From a virus (taxonomy: Duplodnaviria; Caudoviricetes), in IMG/VR virus record IMGVR_UViG_3300030419_004954, positions 440 through 64,439 of that record: a DNA stretch of 64,000 bases; one strand, given 5' to 3'. Position numbers and translations under genes: made by a program. Each line of letters starts with the position of its first letter. Position 1 is the stretch's first letter. Under the pieces are notes generated by a model. It did no database searches. It saw nothing but the letters and a program-made list of their open reading frames with translations, and had not been told where the DNA came from. Below, piece after piece: positions 1 to 10,915 of this stretch.

Positions 1-10
1 GGAATTACAC

Positions 11-970
11 ATGGCTGGAAACTTAAAACAAGACGGAAAAGCAATTGACGTACAATGCCTCTCGTTTACAAACGAAGATATTAAAGAGGTTATCGCATCA
101 GGTGAATTTACTGGCCCTTTTCACACACCTTTGGCTGAATGTATTCCGGTTTACGATCAAGCACCATCTGAAACAGTCATGGCTGGTGAAAATAATGCTT
201 TTATGATACTTGGAAGAGACAGACCGTATTCAAACGGCTCCGGCAAAGGTGCGTTTGGTGGTAAGTGTGGCCGTGTCCATCTTATAGCAGGGCTAGCATC
301 TGCCTACAGAGCAAACAATGATGCTTTAGTTACTGGGCCAAATCTAATCACAGATGCAGCCACTGTTTATATTTCTGAAAGATCAAATATTGATGAATAT
401 TTTGGACTACCTACCGGAACAAATAGAAGCGCCAATGATCGCTCAGCAGTTGCACTAAAAGCAGACCACATTAGAATTGTTGGGCGAGAGCACGTTAAAA
501 TTTATGCCGGTCCATGCTTGAACTCATCAATCAAAAAAGAGACGCTTTCCACTGGTGGGTCACTTGATGCACGTGGAAAAATTGACCTCATAGCAGGAGA
601 TTCGGAGAATCTACAGCCAGCAGTAAAGGGAAATGATTTAAAAGAATACCTCGGAACTTTGACTGATATATTGGAAGATGTTGTAGCAGGAATGGCTGAC
701 TTGAACAATCGAATGATCAGAATGAACAATGCTCTTCTTTTGCATACACATCCTGTAGGTGGTGTCGGTGTTGGTATTGCCCTTCCAAGTGTCGGAACTC
801 TTCCGTTTGCTATCGGAGCAGACTACCCAAAAGGCTTCAAGGCTTCTCTTAATAACCTTTTAAATCAATTTAATTTGGTCATTCAGGAGATCAATTTTGG
901 TGACTATGAAGATAGGCTTCCAATTTTAGGAAAGAGAAATTATTTATCAGATAGCGTATATATAACATGA
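11..970 (+). CDS. Putative baseplate central spike (gpV/gp5 C-terminal-like) protein
   Basis: 319 aa ORF; short beta-repeat segment (VALKADHIRIVGREHVKIYAG) followed by an HxH motif (LLLHTHPV), typical of metal-binding spike tips; lies upstream of gp25/gp6. Confidence 0.55.
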   Translation: MAGNLKQDGKAIDVQCLSFTNEDIKEVIASGEFTGPFHTPLAECIPVYDQAPSETVMAGENNAFMILGRDRPYSNGSGKGAFGGKCGRVHLIAGLASAYRANNDALVTGPNLITDAATVYISERSNIDEYFGLPTGTNRSANDRSAVALKADHIRIVGREHVKIYAGPCLNSSIKKETLSTGGSLDARGKIDLIAGDSENLQPAVKGNDLKEYLGTLTDILEDVVAGMADLNNRMIRMNNALLLHTHPVGGVGVGIALPSVGTLPFAIGADYPKGFKASLNNLLNQFNLVIQEINFGDYEDRLPILGKRNYLSDSVYIT

Positions 971-3900
971 GCGAATCAAATCCATCAAAATTCTTAAACA
1001 AACAAGAAGATGTCTGTTTACCAACCCAAGAAGCGACTCCTCCTCCAAAGGTGTGCCCAACTTGTATACCTGATCCAAATGCAATCGAGGTGGTGTGGCA
1101 CCAAAACGAAGAGCCATATCTTGATAGAAGAACGTGCGAATATGTTGTCCGAGTTAATGTTAACAACGAAGGCGATTCTTATGATGTGTCTCAAATTAGA
1201 GATTCAGGTAAAAGTCTAAAAGAAATCATTGATTCTTATAAGATAGCAGGAATTTATCAATTGTTGCGATTCTTTGATAAGGAGATATCAAACGATGTAG
1301 TGTTCGCTTTTCCTGATAGCCCTCAAAAACTTCAAAGAATGCTTAAGGAAAAGAACGCAACAACCGAACAATTGATTGAGGTTGTAACTCAACAAGTTCA
1401 AAACGGAAGTTATGACTCGTACGGTATACAAGAGGCAGTACTTCAAGCTTACAATCTGTCCAATGCCGATGGTTTTAATCCTGAAGGTCTGGAACTCTAT
1501 GCAAGATCCGACGACTATTGGATTTCTACATATCAATCTCCCAAAGGGGGCGTGCCTATCTGGGTAAAGGTTGTAATACCTGCATTTATATTTGATAGAG
1601 TCCCTGCTGAACAATTCGTTGAAGAACCAGAGGATGCCGCAACAATTAAAGAGGTTGTCCTCGACGGTATAAGAGTTAAAGGCCAACTTAGAAGGCTGAA
1701 GCGTACCTTGGATGTATACAGCAAATATCAGGCCATGTGGTGGCAAACCGAGAAAGGTAAGTTGGTATTTCAGAAGGATCCCGTTATTGGATCATACAAG
1801 AATTCGTTTTATTGCAAAATATATCCAGAAAAATTAGACACGGCTTTGGACGACATTGAGGAACTGATTGAGGCTCAAACTCCATACAAGCTTAGATCGA
1901 TAGTGACTCCCAAATCTGTTATCAAGATTAAGATTACATTCAAGAGCGAAAACGAAAATAATCCCTATTATATCAAAAAACTAGAAGTTATGGGCAATGA
2001 TTGTCCAGAGTACGAAAGAATTAGTTTAAATCGATTAAAAAAATCTGATGGCGTTAAATATAAGGCACCGTTCAACAACCCCACCGTGATGGGGTACATA
2101 GCACAACTTAACGATATAGAAAGTGATTTAAATTCACGAGAGACCCCTCCGTGGCTTGACTTCTTGGTGCAATATACTTACCCCGAACTCTCTTTGGATT
2201 ACGGTAATGAGACAGCAGAGACTTCTGTCGTTGAGGCCGGTACTTCAATATTAGGATGCGTTATAGACAATCAGGGTGGAACCGAAGGTCTTCGTGATTT
2301 CTTCTTCGACCAAATCATTTCGACATGGGATAGTCTTCAATATAAATGGAACCAGAACGCTTGTAAGATATTAGCCGCTGGAGCAGCCGCCTCCAGAGGA
2401 GACGACAAGGCACTCGACAGGCTAGAGAGTGATCTCGCTGATGAAAACTTCAATGCTCAAAACCCAAGTTTGTTTGATGCTCGCCGTGACCATCAAGATT
2501 CTTTGGGCAGCGAACGTGTTCAAGAGGGGTTTGATAGTCTCAAAAACTTACAGACAACGATAGACTCCGAGAATGAGAAAATTGTTGGATTTAAAAGAGA
2601 AACAGAGTTCTTGATAGGACGTATAAGTTCCCGAATGCAGGATTTCGCAGCTTACGAACTCATACTAAGTTTTGAAAACAAGCCACTTAGGAGCAAACCC
2701 GCCGACGCTAGACTTACCGCTAACAATTACGGCATAGATACATTGGATGATATAATCGATGAACTTGAAGAGGTCATTAAAAAAATTGATGAAAGCCAAA
2801 ATACTATCGATGAATCTCACGCACAAATGGTGTTTTTAGAAAACTCAAACGCTAGAGAAAGAGAACGAAAACAAAATCAAGAACGCAGAAAAGCAACCCG
2901 AGAAGCAAGATCGGAAAAACGCGCTGCTCGACGCTCGTGGGAAAGTATCTATGATCAGGCTGACGAGATTGAAAACAAAAGAGATCTACGCAGAGAACAG
3001 AGGAAACAAAGAAGAGAAGATCGTCAATTCTTTAAATCTGAGGCGAAAACAAGACGAAGAAACCGAGGTTCGGAAAGAGGCGAAGACCCCTTTGTTCGGG
3101 CTGCAAGAGACGCAGTGTTAGAATCTTTTGAATTTGAAGGTTCGCTGATTTCTATATTTCTAACTGAAGAAGAGTTCTCATCTTACGGTTTGGCTGGGTT
3201 AAATACCAGTAGACTTGCACGAAAGAAGGGCCTAAGCGCAAAACAGCGTCTTAAAAATTTTATAAGCAACTTTGGTCTTTGCGGATTCACCAAGCTTATT
3301 CAGAAAGCAATTCGTTGCTTGATGGCTGGTATGGATCTGGACACGGCTCTACGGACTATCATACGCTCTACTCTTGAGAACATGGCCCCCGGCGGTATGG
3401 AAAAGCTTCTTTTGGGCTTGGATCCTCGCAAACAACAAGACATTAAAGATTATGTTGCTAGAACTTTTAGAAACATGCCCGCACCGTGGGAAACAAACTA
3501 TGATCCGGGAAGAATCGTTACCGATCAAGAAGTACAATTACAACAAAACTCGGCGGTCTCCGATCAATTCAAATCAAAACAAGCACAAGTTGAGGCTAAA
3601 AAGTCTGAAATACAACTTATTGAATCATTCTTATCAGAACTAAAAACATATCTTGAAACGACTGCTCGGTTTCTTGGAGATGATAGCTCTGCTCTAAGGC
3701 TGCCTGAAGGCATTGTCTTGCAACAAGGATCTCAAGGAAAAGACGTCAGTACACTACAGCTGATGCTTATTGGCTTATACGGGCCACCAATACCAGACGA
3801 ATTTGAGTGGACTGCTGTAGGTTTTGAAGAAGACGGTAAATTTGGACCTAATACAAAAACAGCAGTTGAATTTTTTCAAGAAAGAAACCTTTTAGAGAAA

Positions 3901-6900
3901 ACAGGAATTGTAGACGCTGCAACCATAGCCGTTCTGAATCCCCCAAAAGACCCCGGCGATCGTATCGATACAGGAGTGATCAACAGGATTACAGCGATTT
4001 TGGGCAAGACAGACGAAGAGAGCAGGATTTTAACACAATTCCAGAATCAACTCTTTAGCACCGCTGATTCAAGAGGCGCAGATCTCATTTCCAGTCTACA
4101 AAAAGAGATAAGAGATTTAGAAGCAGAATCTACAGCATTGGGTGGAGAACAACTAGATTACTGGAACTCGCTTTCTACTGAGGAGCAAGATCAAATGATT
4201 GCTGATGCCAGAAACCAAACTGGTGCAGTAGATATAACCAACCCAGATCAAGTGCAACAGGGATCTATTGGTAAAGCATTAGGCAACGTCCAGAAAGCAG
4301 TTTTTGATGCGTATGTTGAGGCATTCATGACTTTGGTCGGAATTCAAGATTTGTTCGCTGCGCTGGACAAAATTCCGGGTGCAAAATTGATCGGACGAAT
4401 AATTGCTTCTTTTGATTGTCCAAATGTTCACTTTATTTACCCCCCAATTGACTCATTCCTGAGTACGCTCACTTTCCGACAGTGTTTGGATAACGGAAGG
4501 TTTGCCTTCCCACGGATTCCAAATTTAGGAAACATCCGCTCTCTACCCAAGATCATATGGGGATTTTTAAAAGAGGCATTCAAAAAAGCCATTGAAGAAT
4601 TAATAGTCAGGGTTATAACGGCGTTTGTTCTAAAAATACTGTTAACAATCGAGAATGCGCTATGTAAGGCGCTTGAAGCAGTGGGGCAGTTTGCAGCAGA
4701 GGCGGTTAAAGGCCCCGAAGCAAACTTTGGCGGCCTGATGAGAGACTTTTTCTGTGGTGATGATGCATCCGACGACGAGATTCAAGACTTTACATCCAGT
4801 TTGCTCACATCGATTGGTGTTACTAACAATGAGCTTGATCGATTAGCCAAACAAACAACTCAAAATGATTTGAGAAACAAACATTTACAAATAACTCAAA
4901 CTATCGCTCGGATATCATCTCGCAGAGAATTGGAACAGCTTATCGTTGCGAATGATGGAGAACAAGACGTAAACACTTTGAGCAGAATATCTTCAACAAT
5001 CACCCTTCAGTATCCCGAATTTGAAGCGTTCTTTAACACTCCTGAGAAAGTAGCAGCGATATTTTCATCGATTGGTAACTTTTTGACTCCTGACCAGCGA
5101 CAAGCGGTGAGAGAGAATCTTCAACGTCCCGATGTGGATCTGCCTGTTGATGCAAGCATTTGTTTAACTAACGAACAACTTGAGGATTGGAACAATAAAA
5201 GACAAGCACTTCTAACCAACGCTGGTTTAAACCCAGAGGACGCTAAAGACTATGTTGACAAACTGAATGAACAAGCAGAGGATGATTTAGGAGACTTAGC
5301 AGATCTCGCTAACCAAGGACCAGAACAGATATTGGGCGATGCAATAAACGATGCTCTGTTTCCAGATACCGGTGGTCGCCTTAAAGACCCATTCTGTGAT
5401 CCTTCCGCAGGTGGGATTGCACAAATGGAAACTGCGGAATCAGCCGCCGTTGCTGACGAATTGGCTGACGGTGTATTTAGATCATTGTCTCTTGCTTTCT
5501 CAAACGACATGATCGGAAAAAGAGACTCGCTTTTGGACAACATTCTTGCTGATACTTGTAACCTTCCCCTCAAACGTCATCAACAAAGAACCAACAATGT
5601 GGTATTTCAAATTGACTGGGCCGATTCGCAAGAGGCGTGGGATGCAAAGAAAGAAAGATTTGAACAAACAAAGATCGGCGAGATCTATTTCGGAGCACTT
5701 TCCTCTGAGGAGCCCGTTGGTGTATTCCCCGAGACGGTAGGAATCCTTACTAAAGACAAGCTTAATGAAAACGAATTTGATATAAATTACACCTTTGAAA
5801 CCAAGCGCCGCCCCCAAGTTAAAACAAGGACCGTCAAACAAGTCGGCGATATGAGAGACGTGAAGGTTAAATATAGAACAAAGTACAAAAAGAACCCTGA
5901 CTTAACTCTCGACTTCTACAACGACAAGGATAGTGGTGTAAGATTTGAGCACGAACTTTGTATGACGTCTTATCAAGATGGAGAAGTCAAGATCGAAAAA
6001 GACTTAGGATACAGATCGTTTATTTATTATTACGGCAACGAATACGTCCCAGACCCTGATGATCCAGATGATGACGGCAAGGATATGCCTTACGACAATC
6101 TACAATATAGAATAAAGGTAGGTGTGCCCACTGATTTGAGTGGTGGTGCTCTATTAGAAACTCACGGCGGAATCTCAGAGAAGGCTCTTCAAGAATTACA
6201 AATCCCTTATCAGGGTGCAATCTTTGCAAGTTATGTAAACTCGATCCTGTCTGGTGCTGGGCATCCATCGTTACCAACGAAGCCTATTGCAAAAGAGTCA
6301 TATAAAAATTACACCAAATACTTGTATTCTGGAATCATGAAAGGTCTGAACACCAGATTGGATGGAACCCAACCAGAGGGCTATGATTTTGGCTACGAAG
6401 CAAACAATCTCACCCCCGATGACTTAATTTATGTTGACCCAGAAGCCACCAGCGATGAAGACACATGGGAGTACACTTACGACAATGAAGAAATGGTCCT
6501 CGGCAAGTCAGCCACAGAGAACCCAAGAGTTCACTTTTTAGATCCTTCCATCTACGGAGGCACTTACGTCAATCCTCCAATCTATATTGAGCCACAAAAT
6601 TTCTCTGGTTGGTTGGGTTTTGCGCAAACCATAGTTCCAGAATTCGATGGTTGTGCTCCGCGACGAACTGACTTCATAGGACTCAGAGAATTAGCAGATA
6701 ACGTAAGAAAATTAGAGCGTGCAATCCCAATGGACCCAAGACTTAGGGAAGATCCTGATTGTGTAAAACATATACCATTTGATAAAATTTCTGACCCTTC
6801 AACGCTTGCTTATTTGGATACCACAATTAAAGCAACAATTAGAATCTATATCACTGAGGCAATGACTAAAACTCTTCCGCTTCTGTCTCACATGAAATAT

Positions 6901-8652
6901 GATAGCAAGAATTACGATTCAGGATTTGAGTCTCTAATTGTTGAGAGGATGCAAGACGGCTTGGATGAAACTGAAGCAAGATTCTCTATTTTTGGTGGAA
7001 GAATACAAAATTATAATTATTGGCTTTTGTTCTTAGAGCAAGCAGTACAATCATTGGTCCGCAAAATAGATTTGGGAGAAATTCAATCTAACTCCGAGAT
7101 CGATGAAGCCCGAAACAAAATAAATAAAGCACAAAGAAACTTTGTTTACCCAAGTAAGGAAGCATTTATTAAGATCCGAGGCACTTCACCGGCCCTTCTA
7201 AGATATACACCGCAAGGCCAAGAAGCAAATGCAAGAGGAGAAGGCGGCATCGAAGTAGTCAATCCTTCCAAGATTGAAGAGGAATACCGCAATCAACCAG
7301 CGGTCAGACAAATACTGCGCGGACTGTATATCGCTGGTTTTGGATCCTTAGCTAAAATGGGTAACTTTGTTGACCAAGAAGTCGAATTGAGACCTAACTT
7401 TTTGACTCTCAATGGAGCTCGTTTTGCTTCAAAGATAAACACCATACACAATGTTCGAGGAGCAGCAAAAACTTTGTTGAAATACTTGGTTAAGAGTGAA
7501 TTAGAAACAATGTCCGTTGAACTAAATGAGAACTTGAAAAACCCACCATACATCGACAGCTATCACAAATACACATTTGCACTCAGTGACGTCTATGCTG
7601 GTACAACTTTAAGATCTGGCCTTACTGAAACAGAGAAACCAATTGTAGATGGTGAGATAAACTACGGTGATGTTCCAAATGTCGGAGAAGCGCAGACATC
7701 AACCCTGTTAGCGACCGGTGGATTTTATATTGAAAAATATATTAGAATCGTGGATAAACCTGAAGAGATGGCGGCAACCAGTCCTTTCTGGAACTCCGGT
7801 GATAACCCAGAAAGACAAGAGGGCACCACTGTCCCAGCAACATCAATAGTTACTCAGCGCCCCGACAGCCTGAGAGGGGTTTGCAGTATTCCCGAGTTTG
7901 GAGCGTACTTTGCTCAATCAAAAGACCAATTTGACGATTCAACAAACATTTCGGATATCTTTGGAGATGCGATTGCAACAACCACATCTTATGAGGGCTC
8001 CACTGGATTGAGATTTGGAGTTCGAATTTGCATGGTGTACGATCCGATAATCGGTGCTCAGATTGACCCTTCAAAAATAGACCCTGAAGTAATACAAAGA
8101 GAGAAGGCATTTATCACTTCAATCCCAATCGCTTCTTACGAGCAGGATATTCCAGATATTAAATTTAAAGAACTTGAGTTTTCAGACAAAGATCTGGGCC
8201 AAGACTTGAAATGCTATATTGATAATCTTGCCGAATCAGAAGAATATTTGTTTGTTATGAATTATGCATTTGGTATTACTAAGTTGCCTTCACTTTCAAT
8301 GATGTATGTAAATGAATCGTTCATCGAATCAATTGGCGCTGATGTTGAGAGGGATTTGGATAATATTATAGATCGTTTTGACGATGGCTGGAAAGGAGAA
8401 ATCTTAAGTGATTCTAAAAGAATATGCCGACAGCTTTTCGCATCTTTTTATAGATCAGACGACTTTGAGAAACCAGAACGAGATGACGGGAGGTCATTAA
8501 GAGAGATATTAAATCAATTTAAAGAGGGAAGCATCTTCGGTAAAACAGACCCAGCCATGAAATGGTGGCGTCGAAGAAGATTGCGCTCTAGGCCGTATGA
8601 TAAAAACGGTAATGAGTGCGCTGGTGAGTTTGCGTCACTATTTAAGAACTAG
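967..8652 (+). CDS. Giant (2561 aa) baseplate/tail-associated protein with an internal peptidoglycan-binding (PG_binding_1-like) domain
   Basis: LQQGSQGKDVSTLQLML...EDGKFGPNTKTAVEFFQERNLLEKTGIVDAATIAVL at ~3718-3936 fits the PG_binding_1 pattern; coiled-coil and Arg-rich segments; lies between the spike and gp25; ATGA overlap with the upstream stop. Confidence 0.6.
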   Translation: MSESNPSKFLNKQEDVCLPTQEATPPPKVCPTCIPDPNAIEVVWHQNEEPYLDRRTCEYVVRVNVNNEGDSYDVSQIRDSGKSLKEIIDSYKIAGIYQLLRFFDKEISNDVVFAFPDSPQKLQRMLKEKNATTEQLIEVVTQQVQNGSYDSYGIQEAVLQAYNLSNADGFNPEGLELYARSDDYWISTYQSPKGGVPIWVKVVIPAFIFDRVPAEQFVEEPEDAATIKEVVLDGIRVKGQLRRLKRTLDVYSKYQAMWWQTEKGKLVFQKDPVIGSYKNSFYCKIYPEKLDTALDDIEELIEAQTPYKLRSIVTPKSVIKIKITFKSENENNPYYIKKLEVMGNDCPEYERISLNRLKKSDGVKYKAPFNNPTVMGYIAQLNDIESDLNSRETPPWLDFLVQYTYPELSLDYGNETAETSVVEAGTSILGCVIDNQGGTEGLRDFFFDQIISTWDSLQYKWNQNACKILAAGAAASRGDDKALDRLESDLADENFNAQNPSLFDARRDHQDSLGSERVQEGFDSLKNLQTTIDSENEKIVGFKRETEFLIGRISSRMQDFAAYELILSFENKPLRSKPADARLTANNYGIDTLDDIIDELEEVIKKIDESQNTIDESHAQMVFLENSNARERERKQNQERRKATREARSEKRAARRSWESIYDQADEIENKRDLRREQRKQRREDRQFFKSEAKTRRRNRGSERGEDPFVRAARDAVLESFEFEGSLISIFLTEEEFSSYGLAGLNTSRLARKKGLSAKQRLKNFISNFGLCGFTKLIQKAIRCLMAGMDLDTALRTIIRSTLENMAPGGMEKLLLGLDPRKQQDIKDYVARTFRNMPAPWETNYDPGRIVTDQEVQLQQNSAVSDQFKSKQAQVEAKKSEIQLIESFLSELKTYLETTARFLGDDSSALRLPEGIVLQQGSQGKDVSTLQLMLIGLYGPPIPDEFEWTAVGFEEDGKFGPNTKTAVEFFQERNLLEKTGIVDAATIAVLNPPKDPGDRIDTGVINRITAILGKTDEESRILTQFQNQLFSTADSRGADLISSLQKEIRDLEAESTALGGEQLDYWNSLSTEEQDQMIADARNQTGAVDITNPDQVQQGSIGKALGNVQKAVFDAYVEAFMTLVGIQDLFAALDKIPGAKLIGRIIASFDCPNVHFIYPPIDSFLSTLTFRQCLDNGRFAFPRIPNLGNIRSLPKIIWGFLKEAFKKAIEELIVRVITAFVLKILLTIENALCKALEAVGQFAAEAVKGPEANFGGLMRDFFCGDDASDDEIQDFTSSLLTSIGVTNNELDRLAKQTTQNDLRNKHLQITQTIARISSRRELEQLIVANDGEQDVNTLSRISSTITLQYPEFEAFFNTPEKVAAIFSSIGNFLTPDQRQAVRENLQRPDVDLPVDASICLTNEQLEDWNNKRQALLTNAGLNPEDAKDYVDKLNEQAEDDLGDLADLANQGPEQILGDAINDALFPDTGGRLKDPFCDPSAGGIAQMETAESAAVADELADGVFRSLSLAFSNDMIGKRDSLLDNILADTCNLPLKRHQQRTNNVVFQIDWADSQEAWDAKKERFEQTKIGEIYFGALSSEEPVGVFPETVGILTKDKLNENEFDINYTFETKRRPQVKTRTVKQVGDMRDVKVKYRTKYKKNPDLTLDFYNDKDSGVRFEHELCMTSYQDGEVKIEKDLGYRSFIYYYGNEYVPDPDDPDDDGKDMPYDNLQYRIKVGVPTDLSGGALLETHGGISEKALQELQIPYQGAIFASYVNSILSGAGHPSLPTKPIAKESYKNYTKYLYSGIMKGLNTRLDGTQPEGYDFGYEANNLTPDDLIYVDPEATSDEDTWEYTYDNEEMVLGKSATENPRVHFLDPSIYGGTYVNPPIYIEPQNFSGWLGFAQTIVPEFDGCAPRRTDFIGLRELADNVRKLERAIPMDPRLREDPDCVKHIPFDKISDPSTLAYLDTTIKATIRIYITEAMTKTLPLLSHMKYDSKNYDSGFESLIVERMQDGLDETEARFSIFGGRIQNYNYWLLFLEQAVQSLVRKIDLGEIQSNSEIDEARNKINKAQRNFVYPSKEAFIKIRGTSPALLRYTPQGQEANARGEGGIEVVNPSKIEEEYRNQPAVRQILRGLYIAGFGSLAKMGNFVDQEVELRPNFLTLNGARFASKINTIHNVRGAAKTLLKYLVKSELETMSVELNENLKNPPYIDSYHKYTFALSDVYAGTTLRSGLTETEKPIVDGEINYGDVPNVGEAQTSTLLATGGFYIEKYIRIVDKPEEMAATSPFWNSGDNPERQEGTTVPATSIVTQRPDSLRGVCSIPEFGAYFAQSKDQFDDSTNISDIFGDAIATTTSYEGSTGLRFGVRICMVYDPIIGAQIDPSKIDPEVIQREKAFITSIPIASYEQDIPDIKFKELEFSDKDLGQDLKCYIDNLAESEEYLFVMNYAFGITKLPSLSMMYVNESFIESIGADVERDLDNIIDRFDDGWKGEILSDSKRICRQLFASFYRSDDFEKPERDDGRSLREILNQFKEGSIFGKTDPAMKWWRRRRLRSRPYDKNGNECAGEFASLFKN
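8637..8644 (+). promoter_or_regulatory. Putative late promoter motif ACTATTTA (gp25)
   Basis: Recurrent motif, 17 nt upstream of the start codon. Confidence 0.55.
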
Positions 8653-8661
8653 GAGAACAAC

Positions 8662-9075
8662 ATGAGTATCAACCCATTTTTCAAAAAAATAGACCAAACG
8701 TCTTACACTTCTATTGCTTACGGCCCTTCTTTAGATGGAGTCACCGACCCATTGGACGATATCACAGACCCAAAGGACCAAGTAAAGCAAAACTTTAGAA
8801 TGTTGTTACTCACCAGACCCGGCGAAAGAATTACGGATTCAAGCTTCGGAATCGGCATCCAGAATTATTTGTTTGAATTGGCTAACACTGCGACCCAGAG
8901 TCAAATAAAGACCAGAATCACAAATCAAGTTGCTATCTATATGCCATACATCACAATAAAGGACTTGCGTGTCGGTCTTGCAAGCGCAGATTCTCAAGCG
9001 CTGCGCGTAATCATCCAATACTACATTCCTAGTCTGGATGTTCTTGATCAGCAAGATATGGTTTTTCCAACATAA
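8662..9075 (+). CDS. gp25: Baseplate wedge subunit, gp25/gpW-like
   Basis: QVKQNFRMLLLTRPGERITDSSFGIGI motif; 137 aa; SD AGGAG. Confidence 0.9.
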   Translation: MSINPFFKKIDQTSYTSIAYGPSLDGVTDPLDDITDPKDQVKQNFRMLLLTRPGERITDSSFGIGIQNYLFELANTATQSQIKTRITNQVAIYMPYITIKDLRVGLASADSQALRVIIQYYIPSLDVLDQQDMVFPT

Positions 9076-9087
9076 TTGTGCTCAATC

Positions 9088-9095
9088 ACTATTTA
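9088..9095 (+). promoter_or_regulatory. Putative late promoter motif ACTATTTA (gp6 operon)
   Basis: Intergenic copy upstream of SD GAGG. Confidence 0.65.
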
Positions 9096-9115
9096 ATTGG
9101 TGAGAGGAATGTTAT

Positions 9116-10915
9116 ATGGCCAAGAAGAAAATTGTCCCCATCAAATATACGAGTAGGGATTTTGAGTCAATCAAAAATGATTTAGTAGAATACTCCAAAA
9201 GATACTACCCAGCACGAGTGAATGATTTCTCAAAAGCTTCCTTTGCTTCGTTGATGCTGGACACCGTTGCTTACGCCGGTGATATATTGTCTTATTATCT
9301 GGATTACCAAGCCAATGAGTCTTTCTTGGATACTAGTATTGAATTTGATAACATTCGAAAGCATGCTAACACATTGGGATACAAATTTTCCGGTATTAAG
9401 AATTCATATGGAACTGTCGCACTGTTTGTATTAGTTCCAGCTAACTCCGCTGGTACGGCACCAGACACCACTTATTACCCCATAGTTAAGCGCGGAACTG
9501 AATTCATGAGTTCTAACGGTGGCGCTTTTATCCTCACTGAGGATGTAAGATTTGATGATGCTTCCAATGAAGTTGTCGCAGCCAAATTTGATTCTGCAAC
9601 CGGTGCAACCACATTTTTCGCTGTGAGGGCTTATGGGCAGGTCGTTTCGGGTAGATTTGAAACCGTGACTATTGACCTTACCGATGATGCGTTTGTAAGA
9701 TTTAGAAAAGTTCGAGTTGGCGGCAACAACATAACAGAAGTATTTTCAGTTATAGACACAGAAGGAAACAATTATTTTGAGGTTGATTTCCTATCTCAAG
9801 AGGTGGTCTTTATTGATACCACCAATAAGAACGCGGCCACCGACGGTGTACGAAGTATTATGAAGCCATTCGTTGCAACCCGTCGCTTCGTTGTTGAACA
9901 AGATGATACTGGTACGTATTTGCAGTTCGGCTTCGGTTCGGAAACAGCAGAAACCACAGGAATCGTGGAGCCCTCCAAAGCAACAATACAAATGTATGGT
10001 AAAAGATATATTACAGATCGCTCGTTCGATCCTACGATGCTCCTCAGAACCAATAAACTTGGCTTATCTCCAGACGGAACAAAGTTAACAGTTGTTTACA
10101 AAGTTAATGACTTCACCTCAGCCAATGTGCCCGTAAATGCCCTAAACACAGTTGGTAGAAAGATTGTTGAGTTTGACAACCCTGATTCGCTGGTTGCCTC
10201 TACAAAACGAACTGTCGAAAACTCTCTTGAAGTAACTAACGACGAGCCAATCTCCGAGGATACCTCTGGGATTTCTAACGAAGAATTGAAGGTTCGAGCC
10301 AAGAACCATTACGCTGCACAAAACCGAGCAGTAAGTAAGCAAGATTACGAATCTTTGTGTTACAGCATGCCTCCTAAGTTTGGATCGGTAAAGAGAGCAA
10401 ACGCTATCAATGACCCAAGTGGAACGAACAGAAGGCTAGCACTATACCTTATCTCAGCCGATAGTAACGGCAAACTAACAACAACCAATTCAGTAACAAA
10501 ACAAAATCTGAAAAAATGGATCTCAAGCTACAAAATGCTCAATGATGTAATAGACATCTACGATGCTAAGGTCGTTAACTTTGGGATCGACTTTGAGATA
10601 AGCGTCACACGAGATTCTAATCCAACCGACGTGACCAATCGTGTAATCAATAAAATCATTGCTGACTATGATTTTGATTTTTATATCGGTGAGCCGATTT
10701 ATATCTCCGAGATTGCAAACATAATAACCAAAGTCAACGGCGTTTCTGATTTAAAGAAAATAAAAATTTATAATAAAACTGGCGGCCTTTATTCTGCTAC
10801 ATCTATTGATTTTGACGACATCAAATCACGAGATGCTACATTCTATAAAGCACCTAAGAACGCTATTTTTGAATTAAAATACCCGCTCAAAGATATTAAG
10901 GGAGTGGCTAGATAA
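9116..10915 (+). CDS. gp6: Baseplate wedge subunit, T4 gp6 / baseplate J-like
   Basis: YTSRDFESIKNDL, DILSYYLDYQANESFLDT, LQFGFG and AQNRAVSKQDY motifs; follows gp25. Confidence 0.85.
   Translation: MAKKKIVPIKYTSRDFESIKNDLVEYSKRYYPARVNDFSKASFASLMLDTVAYAGDILSYYLDYQANESFLDTSIEFDNIRKHANTLGYKFSGIKNSYGTVALFVLVPANSAGTAPDTTYYPIVKRGTEFMSSNGGAFILTEDVRFDDASNEVVAAKFDSATGATTFFAVRAYGQVVSGRFETVTIDLTDDAFVRFRKVRVGGNNITEVFSVIDTEGNNYFEVDFLSQEVVFIDTTNKNAATDGVRSIMKPFVATRRFVVEQDDTGTYLQFGFGSETAETTGIVEPSKATIQMYGKRYITDRSFDPTMLLRTNKLGLSPDGTKLTVVYKVNDFTSANVPVNALNTVGRKIVEFDNPDSLVASTKRTVENSLEVTNDEPISEDTSGISNEELKVRAKNHYAAQNRAVSKQDYESLCYSMPPKFGSVKRANAINDPSGTNRRLALYLISADSNGKLTTTNSVTKQNLKKWISSYKMLNDVIDIYDAKVVNFGIDFEISVTRDSNPTDVTNRVINKIIADYDFDFYIGEPIYISEIANIITKVNGVSDLKKIKIYNKTGGLYSATSIDFDDIKSRDATFYKAPKNAIFELKYPLKDIKGVAR

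Noticed and set aside
967-8652. Tape measure protein call
   Set aside because: Lacks the regular Ala/Gly-rich helical repeats typical of tape measures and sits between spike and gp25; cannot be supported from sequence alone
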